This document shows, one piece after another, positions 8,530 through 17,435 of a DNA stretch of 24,000 nucleotides. Position numbers and translations under genes: made by a program. This DNA comes from Promethearchaeum syntrophicum (lineage in GTDB: Archaea; Asgardarchaeota; Lokiarchaeia; Sigyniarchaeales; Promethearchaeaceae): assembly GCF_008000775.2 (NCBI RefSeq), contig NZ_CP042905.2, forward strand, positions 3,625,723-3,649,722, in the 5' to 3' direction. Every line of letters begins with the position of its first letter. The first letter of the stretch is position 1. The notes under the pieces were generated by a model. That model was given only the letters and a program-made list of their open reading frames with translations, ran no database searches and was not told the DNA's origin.

Positions 8530-8636
8530 AGCAAACAAACTTGAAGGAAAACTCTTCGGGATGAGTTTTTCGATTTTAAATTAAACTCGAAAGCCATTTA
8601 TAGCATCTCTTTTTTTTATTCACATGTGGAAACACA

Positions 8637-9845
8637 ATGAAAAAAAATTATACTTTTTTATCGATTTTACTATTACTTCTAGTGGTAAGTTCACAGATTT
8701 CAGTAAAAAGTGAAGAAATTCAGAGTGAGACGAAACTAACGATATATACTTATGATTCCCTTCTAGATGATCCTGGTTACGATTTTATAGGAGCGTTTGC
8801 AAATCATTCTGGGATATTGAAGGAAGAAATTAATCTTGTGCTCTTATCAGATGCCAACCAAATTGTAACACAAATGGCGTTGGAAAAGGATAGCCCCGTT
8901 GCAGATGTAGCAATAGGTATTGATAATGTTCTTATCCATAGTGCAAAAAGAGATAATTTGTTAACGCCTTATATCTCCCCTGAATTAGCAAATATATCCT
9001 CAGATTTGATAGATAACCTCGATTCTGAAAAATTTGTTCTACCCTATGATTTTGGTATAATAGCTTTATATTATGATATGAATCGAATAAATTCAACTAC
9101 AAATCCAGAGATTACGAATATAACTTTAGAGGAAATTATTGAGTTCGATTTGGATAAAAAACTAATTGTTGAAGATCCAACTCTGAGTTCACCAGGATTA
9201 GGTTTTCTTCTATGGACGATTGCAATTTATGGTGATCCTACAATTAATTTCAACGGAACCTTAGGTTTAGATTGGCGTGATTGGTGGAAAACAACAAAGG
9301 ATGATTTGAGGATTGCCCCAAGTTGGACCGCAGCTTTTGGGGAATGGTATGAGGGGGAAGAAAATCGCCCAATTATGGTTTCATATGGAACAAGTCCAGC
9401 ATATAGTGCTTGTCAATATAATGATACATCTCAAGGCGCCTTTTTATCTCATGAAAATGGAACGCAAAACGGATGGTTACAAATCGAAGGAATTGGGCTC
9501 GTGAATAACGCCCCTCATGAAGATCTTGCCAAGAATTTTATAGATTGGTTCTTAAGTAAAGAACTCCAAGACAACATTGCGGAAAATAATTGGATGTATC
9601 CCGCAAATGATTACGCTGAAATCTCAACTAGGTTTAATGAATCATCAATTAATCCCGATGATGTTAACATTTTAAATTCACTAATATCTTCGGAAACAAT
9701 AGGAACAAATCTCGAGATGTGGAAGGGAGATTGGGAAACCATTATAAGTTCAGACCTTAACATTAGCGGATATAGTTCAATTTTCTTCATTTTTGCTTCA
9801 ATAGGAGCAATAGCGTATATACAAAAGAAAATAAAGAGAAATTAG
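8637..9845 (+). CDS. thiB: ABC transporter, thiamine-binding periplasmic-type lipoprotein/secreted protein (TbpA/ThiB family)
   Basis: Signal/TM N-terminus. TIYTYDSL, ADVAIGIDN, FVLPYDFGIIALYYD, DPTLSSPGLGFLLWTIAIYGD, SYGTSPAY, ENNWMYPANDY match the ThiB pattern. C-terminal TM anchor. Confidence 0.85.
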   Translation: MKKNYTFLSILLLLLVVSSQISVKSEEIQSETKLTIYTYDSLLDDPGYDFIGAFANHSGILKEEINLVLLSDANQIVTQMALEKDSPVADVAIGIDNVLIHSAKRDNLLTPYISPELANISSDLIDNLDSEKFVLPYDFGIIALYYDMNRINSTTNPEITNITLEEIIEFDLDKKLIVEDPTLSSPGLGFLLWTIAIYGDPTINFNGTLGLDWRDWWKTTKDDLRIAPSWTAAFGEWYEGEENRPIMVSYGTSPAYSACQYNDTSQGAFLSHENGTQNGWLQIEGIGLVNNAPHEDLAKNFIDWFLSKELQDNIAENNWMYPANDYAEISTRFNESSINPDDVNILNSLISSETIGTNLEMWKGDWETIISSDLNISGYSSIFFIFASIGAIAYIQKKIKRN

Positions 9846-9886
9846 AAAAATCGAAAATAAGAAAATCTAAAGGTTAAAATTAATAC

Positions 9887-11629
9887 ATGAAAAATTCAAA
9901 GCCGAATTCGAAAATTAAGACTGAAGGCTTATTAAATAAGCTGATTGTAGGGATAGTTATTACAGCCTTAATTTCTTTTTTACTCACTTTTTTTTATTTA
10001 CCAATTGTTAAAATCTTAAATTTTGCGTTAATTCAAGAGGGTTCATTCACATTCGATATTTTTTGGTCGACTCTCACTTCTTCATTAAATCTTAATGCTA
10101 TTGCCTTTACTTTTATTCAATCACTACTTACGACATTTATTTGTATGTTTTTAGGATTTCCAGTCTCATTTTTTTTAGCTAAATATTCCTTTAAAGGGAG
10201 AAAATTGATAATAAATCTATTAACTGTTCCGTTTGTGTTACCATCAATTGTAGTTTTACTCGGTTTTATAATTTTATACGGTGAAGGAGGTTTTATCAAC
10301 CAAATTTGGATAAATATTGCTGGAGTGCCTTTAATCAATTTGTACGGAAGTATTGAAGGCATTGTACTTGCTCATTCCTTTTATAATATTTCAGTAATAA
10401 TCCGAATGATGATCCCAGCTTGGGAAAATCTTGATCCGAATTTAACTGAAATTTCCAAGACACTTGGAGGAAAAAACTGGATGATATTCTGGAAAATTAT
10501 GTTTCCCCAAATCAAAAACTACCTGATCTCAGCCGGTTTGTTGGTATTTACCTACACTTTCAACAGCTTTGCTCTTGTCTTGTATCTTGGTGAAGTAAAA
10601 TTCCAAACCTTGGAAGTAAGAATTTTTAAACTGATGAGGAATACTTTAGATTTTCCTGCAGGGGCATCTTTAGGAATTTTACAACTGTTTTTTAATTTAA
10701 TCATAATAATTCTCTATATAATTTTTGAAAAGAAAACTAGGGCCATGGCTTCTGGAAAAGATAACATATATCACCATGAAAAAATTGTTTTTTTAAAATC
10801 AAACTGGAAAAAAACTTTAGGAGAAATAATCCTCATAATTTTTACAATTCTCATAATTCTTTTCTCAATTTCACCTATGATTGCAGTTTTCATTACTTCT
10901 CTTACTCCGAATACCTTAGGTGGTTCTCCATTTTGGGGATATACAAGTTTATTATCAAATGATTATGATACTCTACTTGGAGCACCTCCTTCAAGATTAC
11001 TTCTAAATACATTAACATTTGCCTTTCTAACCACATTAATTACTTTGATTTTCTCAATCGGAATTGTTTTTATACTCAGAAATCGCTTGCAGCGCGTAAA
11101 TAATTATAAAAAATCAGTTATTGAAAACATAATATCACTAGCAATTATTCTACCAATGGGTACTTCATCGATTACATTAGCAATGGGGTTATTTCTTCAA
11201 CTGAAAGATAGTGCCGTTTTTAAAAATTATGTGTGGATATTAATTGTTCTCGCTCATGTTTTAATTAGCGTCCCCTTTGCAACGAGATCTATTTTATCAG
11301 CCTACAATCGAATTGATACTGATTTGCTTAATATTGCTTCTACGTTGGGGGCATCCAGATTAAGAATATTTTGGAAGGTAGAATTGCCCATGATAAAATC
11401 AGGGTTAATAGTTGCAGGAATTTTTTCATTTGCTATAAGTCTTGGTGAGTTTGGTGCCACCAATTTCTTAGCTCGGGCAGAATACGGGACATTATCATTA
11501 GGAATTTCAAAATTATTATCTTCACGAACAATGCAACTCCCGGCTTCAATGGCTAGCATTTTAATCATCGTAACTTTTATTTGCTTTTTTTTAATTCAAA
11601 AAACAGGAGAAAAAGATTTGAAATTTTAA
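9887..11629 (+). CDS. thiP: Thiamine ABC transporter permease (ThiP-type, fused double permease)
   Basis: 580 aa with two BPD permease halves, EAA-like loops (ISKTLGGKNWMIFWKIMFPQI; IASTLGASRLRIFWKVELPMI). Located between thiB and the ATPase gene. Confidence 0.82.
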   Translation: MKNSKPNSKIKTEGLLNKLIVGIVITALISFLLTFFYLPIVKILNFALIQEGSFTFDIFWSTLTSSLNLNAIAFTFIQSLLTTFICMFLGFPVSFFLAKYSFKGRKLIINLLTVPFVLPSIVVLLGFIILYGEGGFINQIWINIAGVPLINLYGSIEGIVLAHSFYNISVIIRMMIPAWENLDPNLTEISKTLGGKNWMIFWKIMFPQIKNYLISAGLLVFTYTFNSFALVLYLGEVKFQTLEVRIFKLMRNTLDFPAGASLGILQLFFNLIIIILYIIFEKKTRAMASGKDNIYHHEKIVFLKSNWKKTLGEIILIIFTILIILFSISPMIAVFITSLTPNTLGGSPFWGYTSLLSNDYDTLLGAPPSRLLLNTLTFAFLTTLITLIFSIGIVFILRNRLQRVNNYKKSVIENIISLAIILPMGTSSITLAMGLFLQLKDSAVFKNYVWILIVLAHVLISVPFATRSILSAYNRIDTDLLNIASTLGASRLRIFWKVELPMIKSGLIVAGIFSFAISLGEFGATNFLARAEYGTLSLGISKLLSSRTMQLPASMASILIIVTFICFFLIQKTGEKDLKF

Positions 11630-11660
11630 AATTCAAATTATCACAGAATGTGTTGCTAAC

Positions 11661-12764
11661 ATGACCTACTTAAAACTTCAGAATATTCACATGAAATACC
11701 AAAATGAATTGATAATTAATGATCTTAATTTAAATGTTGAACGCGGAGAACTTTTAATCCTATTAGGCTCAAGTGGATGTGGAAAAACAACATTACTCAA
11801 AATTATTGCAGGTTTAATTCACCCTGAACAAGGTTTAATTATGATTGAAGATCAAGATATTACAAATTTTTCTCCACAAAAAAGAGAAATTGGTTATGTC
11901 CCTCAGTCCCAAGTTCTATTTCCCCACCTAAACATCAAGGAAAATATTGCATTTGGACTTCGCGCTAGAAATAAAGAAAATTCTAAAGAAGAAATTGAGC
12001 AAAAAATCCAAGAAGTTGCTAAATTAGCTCAAATCGAAGATATTTTATCTCGTTTTCCAAGTGAAATTAGTGGAGGGCAAAAACAGCGAGTTGCCCTAGC
12101 TAGAGCTATAGTTATAAATCCAAGATTACTTTTACTTGATGAACCCTTATCAAGTATTGATGCAAACGGTCGCGAATCCTTAGCATTAATGATAAAACGA
12201 ATCCAAAGAGAAACAAAAACAACTACAATTTATGTCACACACAATCAACAAGAAGCTCGTTTGATTGCTGATAAAGTTGCTATAATGTATGATGGGATAA
12301 TACAACAATCAGGAACCATGACAGATATCGATATCCATCCGATGAATTTCCAGATCGCTAACATAATTGGAAAACTCAATATTTGGAAAGTATATTCGCA
12401 AAAATTTGAACAAGGACAGCTAATTATTTCGAGTCCTCTCGGTGATATAACAATTGCTTCTAAAGAAGAGAAAAAAATAGCAGGAATTCAAATTCACCCC
12501 AGTAAAATCAAAATAGCTAATGAAAATGAAAACTTCGACATGAAATTCTCAGAGCAGATTTTAGTAATTAAAGGGAAAATAATCTCCATTATTCAATTAA
12601 AAAGTAAAATATTTCAAATAATTATCCAAATCAATGAAAATCAATTAACTAAGCCATTTATCTACATCAAAATGCAATTGCTGGATCAAAATTTAATTAA
12701 AAATCTAACAATTAACCAAGATATTAAACTTAAAATAGATCCAAAGGATATAATTCTTTTTTGA
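11661..12764 (+). CDS. thiQ: ABC transporter ATP-binding protein (ThiQ/PotA-like) with C-terminal TOBE-like region
   Basis: Walker A GSSGCGKTT, Q-loop VPQSQ, signature EISGGQKQR, Walker B LLLLDEPLSS, H-loop VTHNQQEA. Confidence 0.85.
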   Translation: MTYLKLQNIHMKYQNELIINDLNLNVERGELLILLGSSGCGKTTLLKIIAGLIHPEQGLIMIEDQDITNFSPQKREIGYVPQSQVLFPHLNIKENIAFGLRARNKENSKEEIEQKIQEVAKLAQIEDILSRFPSEISGGQKQRVALARAIVINPRLLLLDEPLSSIDANGRESLALMIKRIQRETKTTTIYVTHNQQEARLIADKVAIMYDGIIQQSGTMTDIDIHPMNFQIANIIGKLNIWKVYSQKFEQGQLIISSPLGDITIASKEEKKIAGIQIHPSKIKIANENENFDMKFSEQILVIKGKIISIIQLKSKIFQIIIQINENQLTKPFIYIKMQLLDQNLIKNLTINQDIKLKIDPKDIILF

Positions 12765-12807
12765 TTTTTATCTACTTCAGAGTTATTGTGAAACAAATCC
12801 AAAGATA

Positions 12808-13539
12808 CTAAATTGCTAAATTCTTGAGTCTTTGTTGAAGATCTTCTAAAAACGGTTTATAATAATCCTGAGTTTCAGATAATTTTTCTATTTGAAGTAA
12901 CGATCTATCGTAAGCCCATTTTACTTTATCTAAAAGACCCATTTCCTCGTAATTTAAACCCAAGTAATAAAATGCCAATGGATAATTAAAGTCGATTTTG
13001 ACAAGTTTCATTAATTGTTGTATCGCCTGTCCATGTTTCTTCAGTTTATAAAATGCATAGGCCAAAAAAAATAGAATTTTTGGATATCGGGGGTCCCTAT
13101 TAGCAAATTTGTAGATGTCAATCATATCCCAAAGTAAATTGAGCGCCTCCGTATATTTCTCCACGGAAATTAATTTTTCCATACGTTCAAATTTCTCCAA
13201 ATACTCTGGATCTTCTTCTTGGGATGCTTGTTTCAATTTTTCTTTTTTTGCTTGGAGTTCCTGCTCTCGTTTCTCCGCTTCTTTACGATCTTTTTCCAGT
13301 TGCTCCAAATATTCATTAAATACATTAATAACGTGGGTATCGTACTCCTCAAAACATAAAGGGCACTTTGTACTATGAGAAATCCACTTTTTTAAACACT
13401 CATAATGAACTAAGTGCCCATTCGGGCAACCAACAAAATTTTTTGTAACATGTTCCCTTCCAAAATGTGATAAATCAATCGGTCCATGGCAAATGCAGCA
13501 TTGCATAACTTTGGCATTGGAAGTATCAAGTTTACCCAT
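12808..13539 (-). CDS. RING-H2 finger protein fused to a coiled-coil linker and TPR-like repeats
   Basis: CCICHG..GCPNGHLVHYECLKKWISHSTKCPLC fits C-x2-C-xn-C-x3-H-x2-H-x2-C-x10-C-x2-C. C-terminal KILFFLAYAFYKLKKHGQAIQQL..PLAFYYLGLNYEEMGLLDKVKWAYDRSL is TPR-like. Confidence 0.8.
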   Translation of the reverse strand: MGKLDTSNAKVMQCCICHGPIDLSHFGREHVTKNFVGCPNGHLVHYECLKKWISHSTKCPLCFEEYDTHVINVFNEYLEQLEKDRKEAEKREQELQAKKEKLKQASQEEDPEYLEKFERMEKLISVEKYTEALNLLWDMIDIYKFANRDPRYPKILFFLAYAFYKLKKHGQAIQQLMKLVKIDFNYPLAFYYLGLNYEEMGLLDKVKWAYDRSLLQIEKLSETQDYYKPFLEDLQQRLKNLAI

Positions 13540-13662
13540 TTTCTTATAATTTTATAATGGAACGGTTGGAAAAAAAGAAATCGAAATCTTATTTCATCCC
13601 TGAAATCATAAAATTTTTTTGTTAAAACACGTTTATTTAAATCACTTAAGGAATTTTATGAA

Positions 13663-13760
13663 AGGTCCGTCGTCTAGCCTGGATATGGCGCTGGGTTGCG
13701 ATCCATAACGTAATTGTGGCAAACACCCAGTTTTCGAGGGTTCAACTCCCCCCGGACCTA
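13663..13760 (+). tRNA. tRNA-Arg(GCG) with a 23-nt intron (13702-13724) at canonical position 37/38
   Basis: Acceptor AGGTCCG/CGGACCT with discriminator A; D-arm GTCTAGCCTGGATATGGC; anticodon stem CTGGG/CCCAG; spliced loop TTGCGAA; T-loop TTCAACT. BHB: TTGC/GCAA helix flanked by 3-nt bulges GAT and ACA. TATA-like tatttaaat upstream, T-rich tract downstream. One A:C mismatch in the T-stem. Confidence 0.85.
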
Positions 13761-13846
13761 CTAACTCCTTCTTTTTGGATTTTGAGAGTATAAATCTAAA
13801 AAAATTTCTTGAAGAGGACTCACCTACCTATGGGGCGATTTTTTCT

Positions 13847-14950
13847 TTAATATGATTCCACGAAAAAGACATCCACATTATGATCTGTCATAAAAACGTA
13901 TACATCACCAGAAAGGATTTCAATCGCATCTGAATTCTTCTTAAGGTGCGCGTCCATGTGTAAGAGACCAAGTCCTTGTAAATATGCATGCCCTTCTTCA
14001 GCAGAACACAATATATCAAACGAAGGCATTTTTTCTTTAATTTTCTTTGACAAGGGAACATCTCCAAAAAATATTTCTGGGTGCTGTTTGATTAGATTAT
14101 GAGTCGATTCTGCTTCCTTGCAGAAGTGCAAATGATCAGCATTATTAAGAACTACCATTAATTTGGGTTCTAATGTGCGTTTAAACATGTCATAGATCGA
14201 TCTTACATCTACTAATGTATCATTCTGTGCTGCCAGGTATAGTGTTGCAATAGTGTGCTTCCAATCTAAGTTTAGGATATCGGAAAGCGGATTTGATTCT
14301 TTTAAGTCAGGAGAATTACCACCTATTGAAGCAATAGGAAGAGCTGCAGAAATTCTTGAATCACTAGATGCTACCATAAGAATGGTCCATCCTCCATAGC
14401 TGTACCCGGCCACGCCTATACTATTAACATCAATCATCTTTAATGGGATTTTTACCTTCTCAGATGTCATACAATCTATAATGAATTTGATATCACTGGG
14501 GCGGTTCATGAAAATCTGTCTACTGAGTTCTGCTGTATTTGGAGGCATTCCTTTCTGAGTATGTTCTCTGTAGGTTAATAAATCCAGATATGTATTACCT
14601 AAATGATCGGGTGCAGCTACAATATAACCGTGACTGGCTAAGTGAGTACATAAGTGTGAAGTTAAACGTCGATGAGCGCCATGTCCATGGGAAAAAACAA
14701 TTAATGGATAAAATCCCTCGCGAATGTCTGCATCTCTAACCGCATTTTGAGATAAGGAGATGTCTCCTATTTGATATTTATCTTTCGTAGCTTCCTCAAA
14801 ATCTTTATTCTTAAATTCATCTGTTGCGGGGAACCAAATCTCTGTAGGGAGTGTTCGATTTCTCTTTGGATCATGAAAGTTTTGGGTTATTACACCAACG
14901 GGAAATGGTCCACGATTAAAAGGATTATATTTTGCTTGATCTGTGCTCAT
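13847..14950 (-). CDS. Alpha/beta hydrolase (dienelactone hydrolase / PAF-acetylhydrolase-like)
   Basis: FSHGHGAHR oxyanion region, HLASHGYIVAAPDH, nucleophile elbow GVAGYSYGGWT, late AD and His (NNADHLHF). Confidence 0.8.
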   Translation of the reverse strand: MSTDQAKYNPFNRGPFPVGVITQNFHDPKRNRTLPTEIWFPATDEFKNKDFEEATKDKYQIGDISLSQNAVRDADIREGFYPLIVFSHGHGAHRRLTSHLCTHLASHGYIVAAPDHLGNTYLDLLTYREHTQKGMPPNTAELSRQIFMNRPSDIKFIIDCMTSEKVKIPLKMIDVNSIGVAGYSYGGWTILMVASSDSRISAALPIASIGGNSPDLKESNPLSDILNLDWKHTIATLYLAAQNDTLVDVRSIYDMFKRTLEPKLMVVLNNADHLHFCKEAESTHNLIKQHPEIFFGDVPLSKKIKEKMPSFDILCSAEEGHAYLQGLGLLHMDAHLKKNSDAIEILSGDVYVFMTDHNVDVFFVESY

Positions 14951-15082
14951 TTTATCTACCTCTTTAAATAAAATTCTAAATTTATATTTGAATAGAGTTT
15001 TTTCTGAACAATAAAATTATTGTTGTTCAAAATATGACTTTAAAAGAATGAAAAATAAAAAAAAAAACTCTAAATTCATTAA

Positions 15083-15970
15083 TTATTCTAAATCCCATTT
15101 CAATAAGGATTTAACAAGATTACCATGACTAAGCTCGCCCCTGGACATAAATTTTGCAAAGCGATTTTCACCCTTCTTCCATAGGAGGGTTACAATCTTC
15201 TTCACCACATCCTCAGTTTTAATCACACCTTGACTCCTCAATTGATCCTTAAATTGATGGACATCTAAGTGTAACTTTTCGATTTCATCTATTTTTTCCT
15301 TAAGAAATGTACGGGGATAGACCTTGGCATGGGCTACAAAGATACGCAAATCATCCATACCCTCTGTTAACTCATATAATTTTTTTTGGGAAAAATAAAT
15401 CTCCTTAATATTCTCTTGAATATCTTTACAACCACCCCCAAAAAGCATCTCATACCGTTTCATAAGGGCATCCCCCACAAATAGAAGTTGATGCTCACGC
15501 TCGAGTAAAGCGGTTAGATCGGGTGAATGGCCTGGGGAGTTGATCAAATCAAAATTATATTTTCCTGATTTTGAGGAAATATGATCACTAATTGGTTGGG
15601 TTGAAATAGGGGGTAACAATTTTCTGCCCCAGTATATTTGGCGGTACAATCGGTAAGATTTGAGGGATTCAAACTGTTTCTGAGTAGAGGGAGAACAGAA
15701 GATTGGAATATTCATTCGTTCTTGAAGAATTTTGGCACCTCCGGCATGATCCTCATGGAAATGTGTAAGATATACTTGGTTAATGCGATCATTTTCGGGT
15801 AATTGCGATGCCCATTCATAAATATCCTCACTCCCTGCAGGTGCACCGGTATCTATTAATAAACCATCTAATTTGTAACTTGAAGTCCATTTTGGGATAG
15901 TGGCCAGCCAATGTTCGGATTTCCATTGCCATTCTAATATATCCCCATGCAATTTTGTACGAGTAATCAT
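15083..15970 (-). CDS. Metallo-beta-lactamase-fold hydrolase
   Basis: LLIDTGAP, THFHEDHAGG, NSPGHSPD, VGDALM, VAHAKVY metal-site motifs. Confidence 0.87.
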   Translation of the reverse strand: MITRTKLHGDILEWQWKSEHWLATIPKWTSSYKLDGLLIDTGAPAGSEDIYEWASQLPENDRINQVYLTHFHEDHAGGAKILQERMNIPIFCSPSTQKQFESLKSYRLYRQIYWGRKLLPPISTQPISDHISSKSGKYNFDLINSPGHSPDLTALLEREHQLLFVGDALMKRYEMLFGGGCKDIQENIKEIYFSQKKLYELTEGMDDLRIFVAHAKVYPRTFLKEKIDEIEKLHLDVHQFKDQLRSQGVIKTEDVVKKIVTLLWKKGENRFAKFMSRGELSHGNLVKSLLKWDLE

Positions 15971-16209
15971 TTTAAGTTATTCTCCTAATTAATCCAATTT
16001 AAATAAAACCTTTGCTATCTTGTCGACAGTTCGTAATCCAGAACTGTAATTCGGGTAAAAAATTTTCCTTATAGGATAAGGGTGTAAAAATTACTTTAAA
16101 AACTTTAATCTTTTTTGCATTTAAGATATTTGTAAGTCGTTTAACCCATTAATTTATAAGTTAAACCAATTTGGTGAGATAGAAAAAAAAATAAAAATAG
16201 ATATAAAAA

Positions 16210-16971
16210 TTATCGAGCAGAAATTGCCACGCGTTCTAATTCATCCTTGCGTTTAACTGCACGTGAATTAGTATCGTTGCGACCAGCCAAGATTAATTCA
16301 TTAGCTAATAATTCATCAATAGTTTTAATATTATTATATGCAAGCCCTACTGTTCCTTGAACAATCAACTTTAAAGCTAAATCAACTCTGCGTTGTGGTG
16401 AGATATCAACGGCCTGTTGATAACTGATACCACCGAGTGATATTCGGGTTGTTTCTTCTTTTGGAGCTGCATTTTCTATAGCATTAATTAACACTTGAAT
16501 CGGATTCTCTCCGGTCTTATTTTCAATAATTGCAAAAGCATTGTAGATGATATTGATTATTTTTTGCTTCTTACCCATGTTGAGTGATGAACCGCGTCCT
16601 TTGATTCGCTTACCCACTAATCCCGGAGTCATGATCTTGTTAATAAAACGTTCAACAATGGAGATATGTTCCGTCTTCCAGAACTTTTTATGTTGATGTT
16701 TCCCACCTGAATGCGGAATAATAACGGGGGTTAAATTAATGTAACTTTGCAAGCTTAAATCTTTCACTTCAGTACCTTCAAAAGACCAGCGATTAAATAA
16801 CAAAATCTCTTGTCCTGTTTTCTTTTTTGGTGCAGGTTCACTTTCATCAGCAGGTTGAGGTTCTACAGTCGGTTCTTCCGGAGAAGGTTTACTTTCTTCC
16901 ACTTTCTCTTCGGATTTCTCTTCTTTTGGTTCTTCCGGCTTTGCCTCATCTGTTTTCTTCTTTCGTGCCAT
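16210..16971 (-). CDS. rps7: 30S ribosomal protein uS7 (archaeal type) with a ~50-aa charged Glu/Lys/Pro-rich N-terminal extension
   Basis: Core LFNRWSFEGTEVKDLSLQSYINL, VERFINKIM, GGISYQQAVDISPQRRVDLAL. Adjacent to uS12. Confidence 0.93.
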   Translation of the reverse strand: MARKKKTDEAKPEEPKEEKSEEKVEESKPSPEEPTVEPQPADESEPAPKKKTGQEILLFNRWSFEGTEVKDLSLQSYINLTPVIIPHSGGKHQHKKFWKTEHISIVERFINKIMTPGLVGKRIKGRGSSLNMGKKQKIINIIYNAFAIIENKTGENPIQVLINAIENAAPKEETTRISLGGISYQQAVDISPQRRVDLALKLIVQGTVGLAYNNIKTIDELLANELILAGRNDTNSRAVKRKDELERVAISAR

Positions 16972-16991
16972 TTTTTTTCACCTTTTAGAGC

Positions 16992-17435
16992 TTAACGAAC
17001 TGCCCTCTCCTTCTTTCCAGAGATTAAAGCATCTAAACTTACACCGTTCACTTTAATTACTTTCCATCGAATACCTGGTAAATCTCCAACAGCACCTCCC
17101 ATAGCTCCACCGATTCCAACTATTGACACACTGTCGTGTTCTTCAACGAATGTTAGTGCGGAATCTCCTGGTAGAAATGCGGACACTTGTTTACCATTTT
17201 TTCTTAATTGAACTCTTACACATTTTCTGATTGCAGAGTTAGGTTGTTTTGATTCGATACCGATTTTCTCAAGTACAATTCCTTCAGCCATTGGAGCGGC
17301 TTCTAGTGGATCGGTTTTTCTTTTAATCTTCAAAACTCTTCGCTTGTATTTAACATCTTTCCATTGAAAGTGTTTTCGCTTCTTCGCTAGAGCACGTGCT
17401 GCGTATTCGCCTCTAGGGGACTTTGATCTTGCCAT
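16992..17435 (-). CDS. rps12: 30S ribosomal protein uS12 (archaeal/eukaryal type)
   Basis: [62 protein letters not shown]. Confidence 0.97.
   Translation of the reverse strand: MARSKSPRGEYAARALAKKRKHFQWKDVKYKRRVLKIKRKTDPLEAAPMAEGIVLEKIGIESKQPNSAIRKCVRVQLRKNGKQVSAFLPGDSALTFVEEHDSVSIVGIGGAMGGAVGDLPGIRWKVIKVNGVSLDALISGKKERAVR

Noticed and set aside
8530-8636. Classical TPP riboswitch upstream of thiB
   Set aside because: No CUGAGA or ACCUGAUC-type conserved THI-element segments could be found; only short alternative hairpins are present.
9313-9504. Plus-strand ORF 63 aa inside thiB
   Set aside because: Alternative frame within a strong family match.
10117-10362. Minus-strand ORFs antisense to thiP (10117..10362 and 11302..11568)
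   Set aside because: Antisense to a well-supported permease; no recognisable features.
13115-13378. Plus-strand ORF antisense to the RING/TPR gene
   Set aside because: Mirrors the coiled-coil region of the real gene; Ser/Phe-rich artefact.
13696-13725. tRNA-Ala(TGC) reading of the anticodon loop
   Set aside because: Would need the anticodon stem shifted to a weaker GCTGG pairing and a non-canonical splice position. CTGGG/CCCAG and the 37/38 BHB give GCG, and the acceptor lacks the G3:U70 Ala identity pair.
14539-14971. Two short plus-strand ORFs (14539..14739, 14771..14971) over the hydrolase gene
   Set aside because: Antisense to a clear alpha/beta hydrolase; no support.
16810-16995. Plus-strand Phe/Arg-rich ORF 61 aa
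   Set aside because: Antisense of the Glu/Lys-rich uS7 tail, which automatically gives a Phe/Leu/Ser-rich reading.
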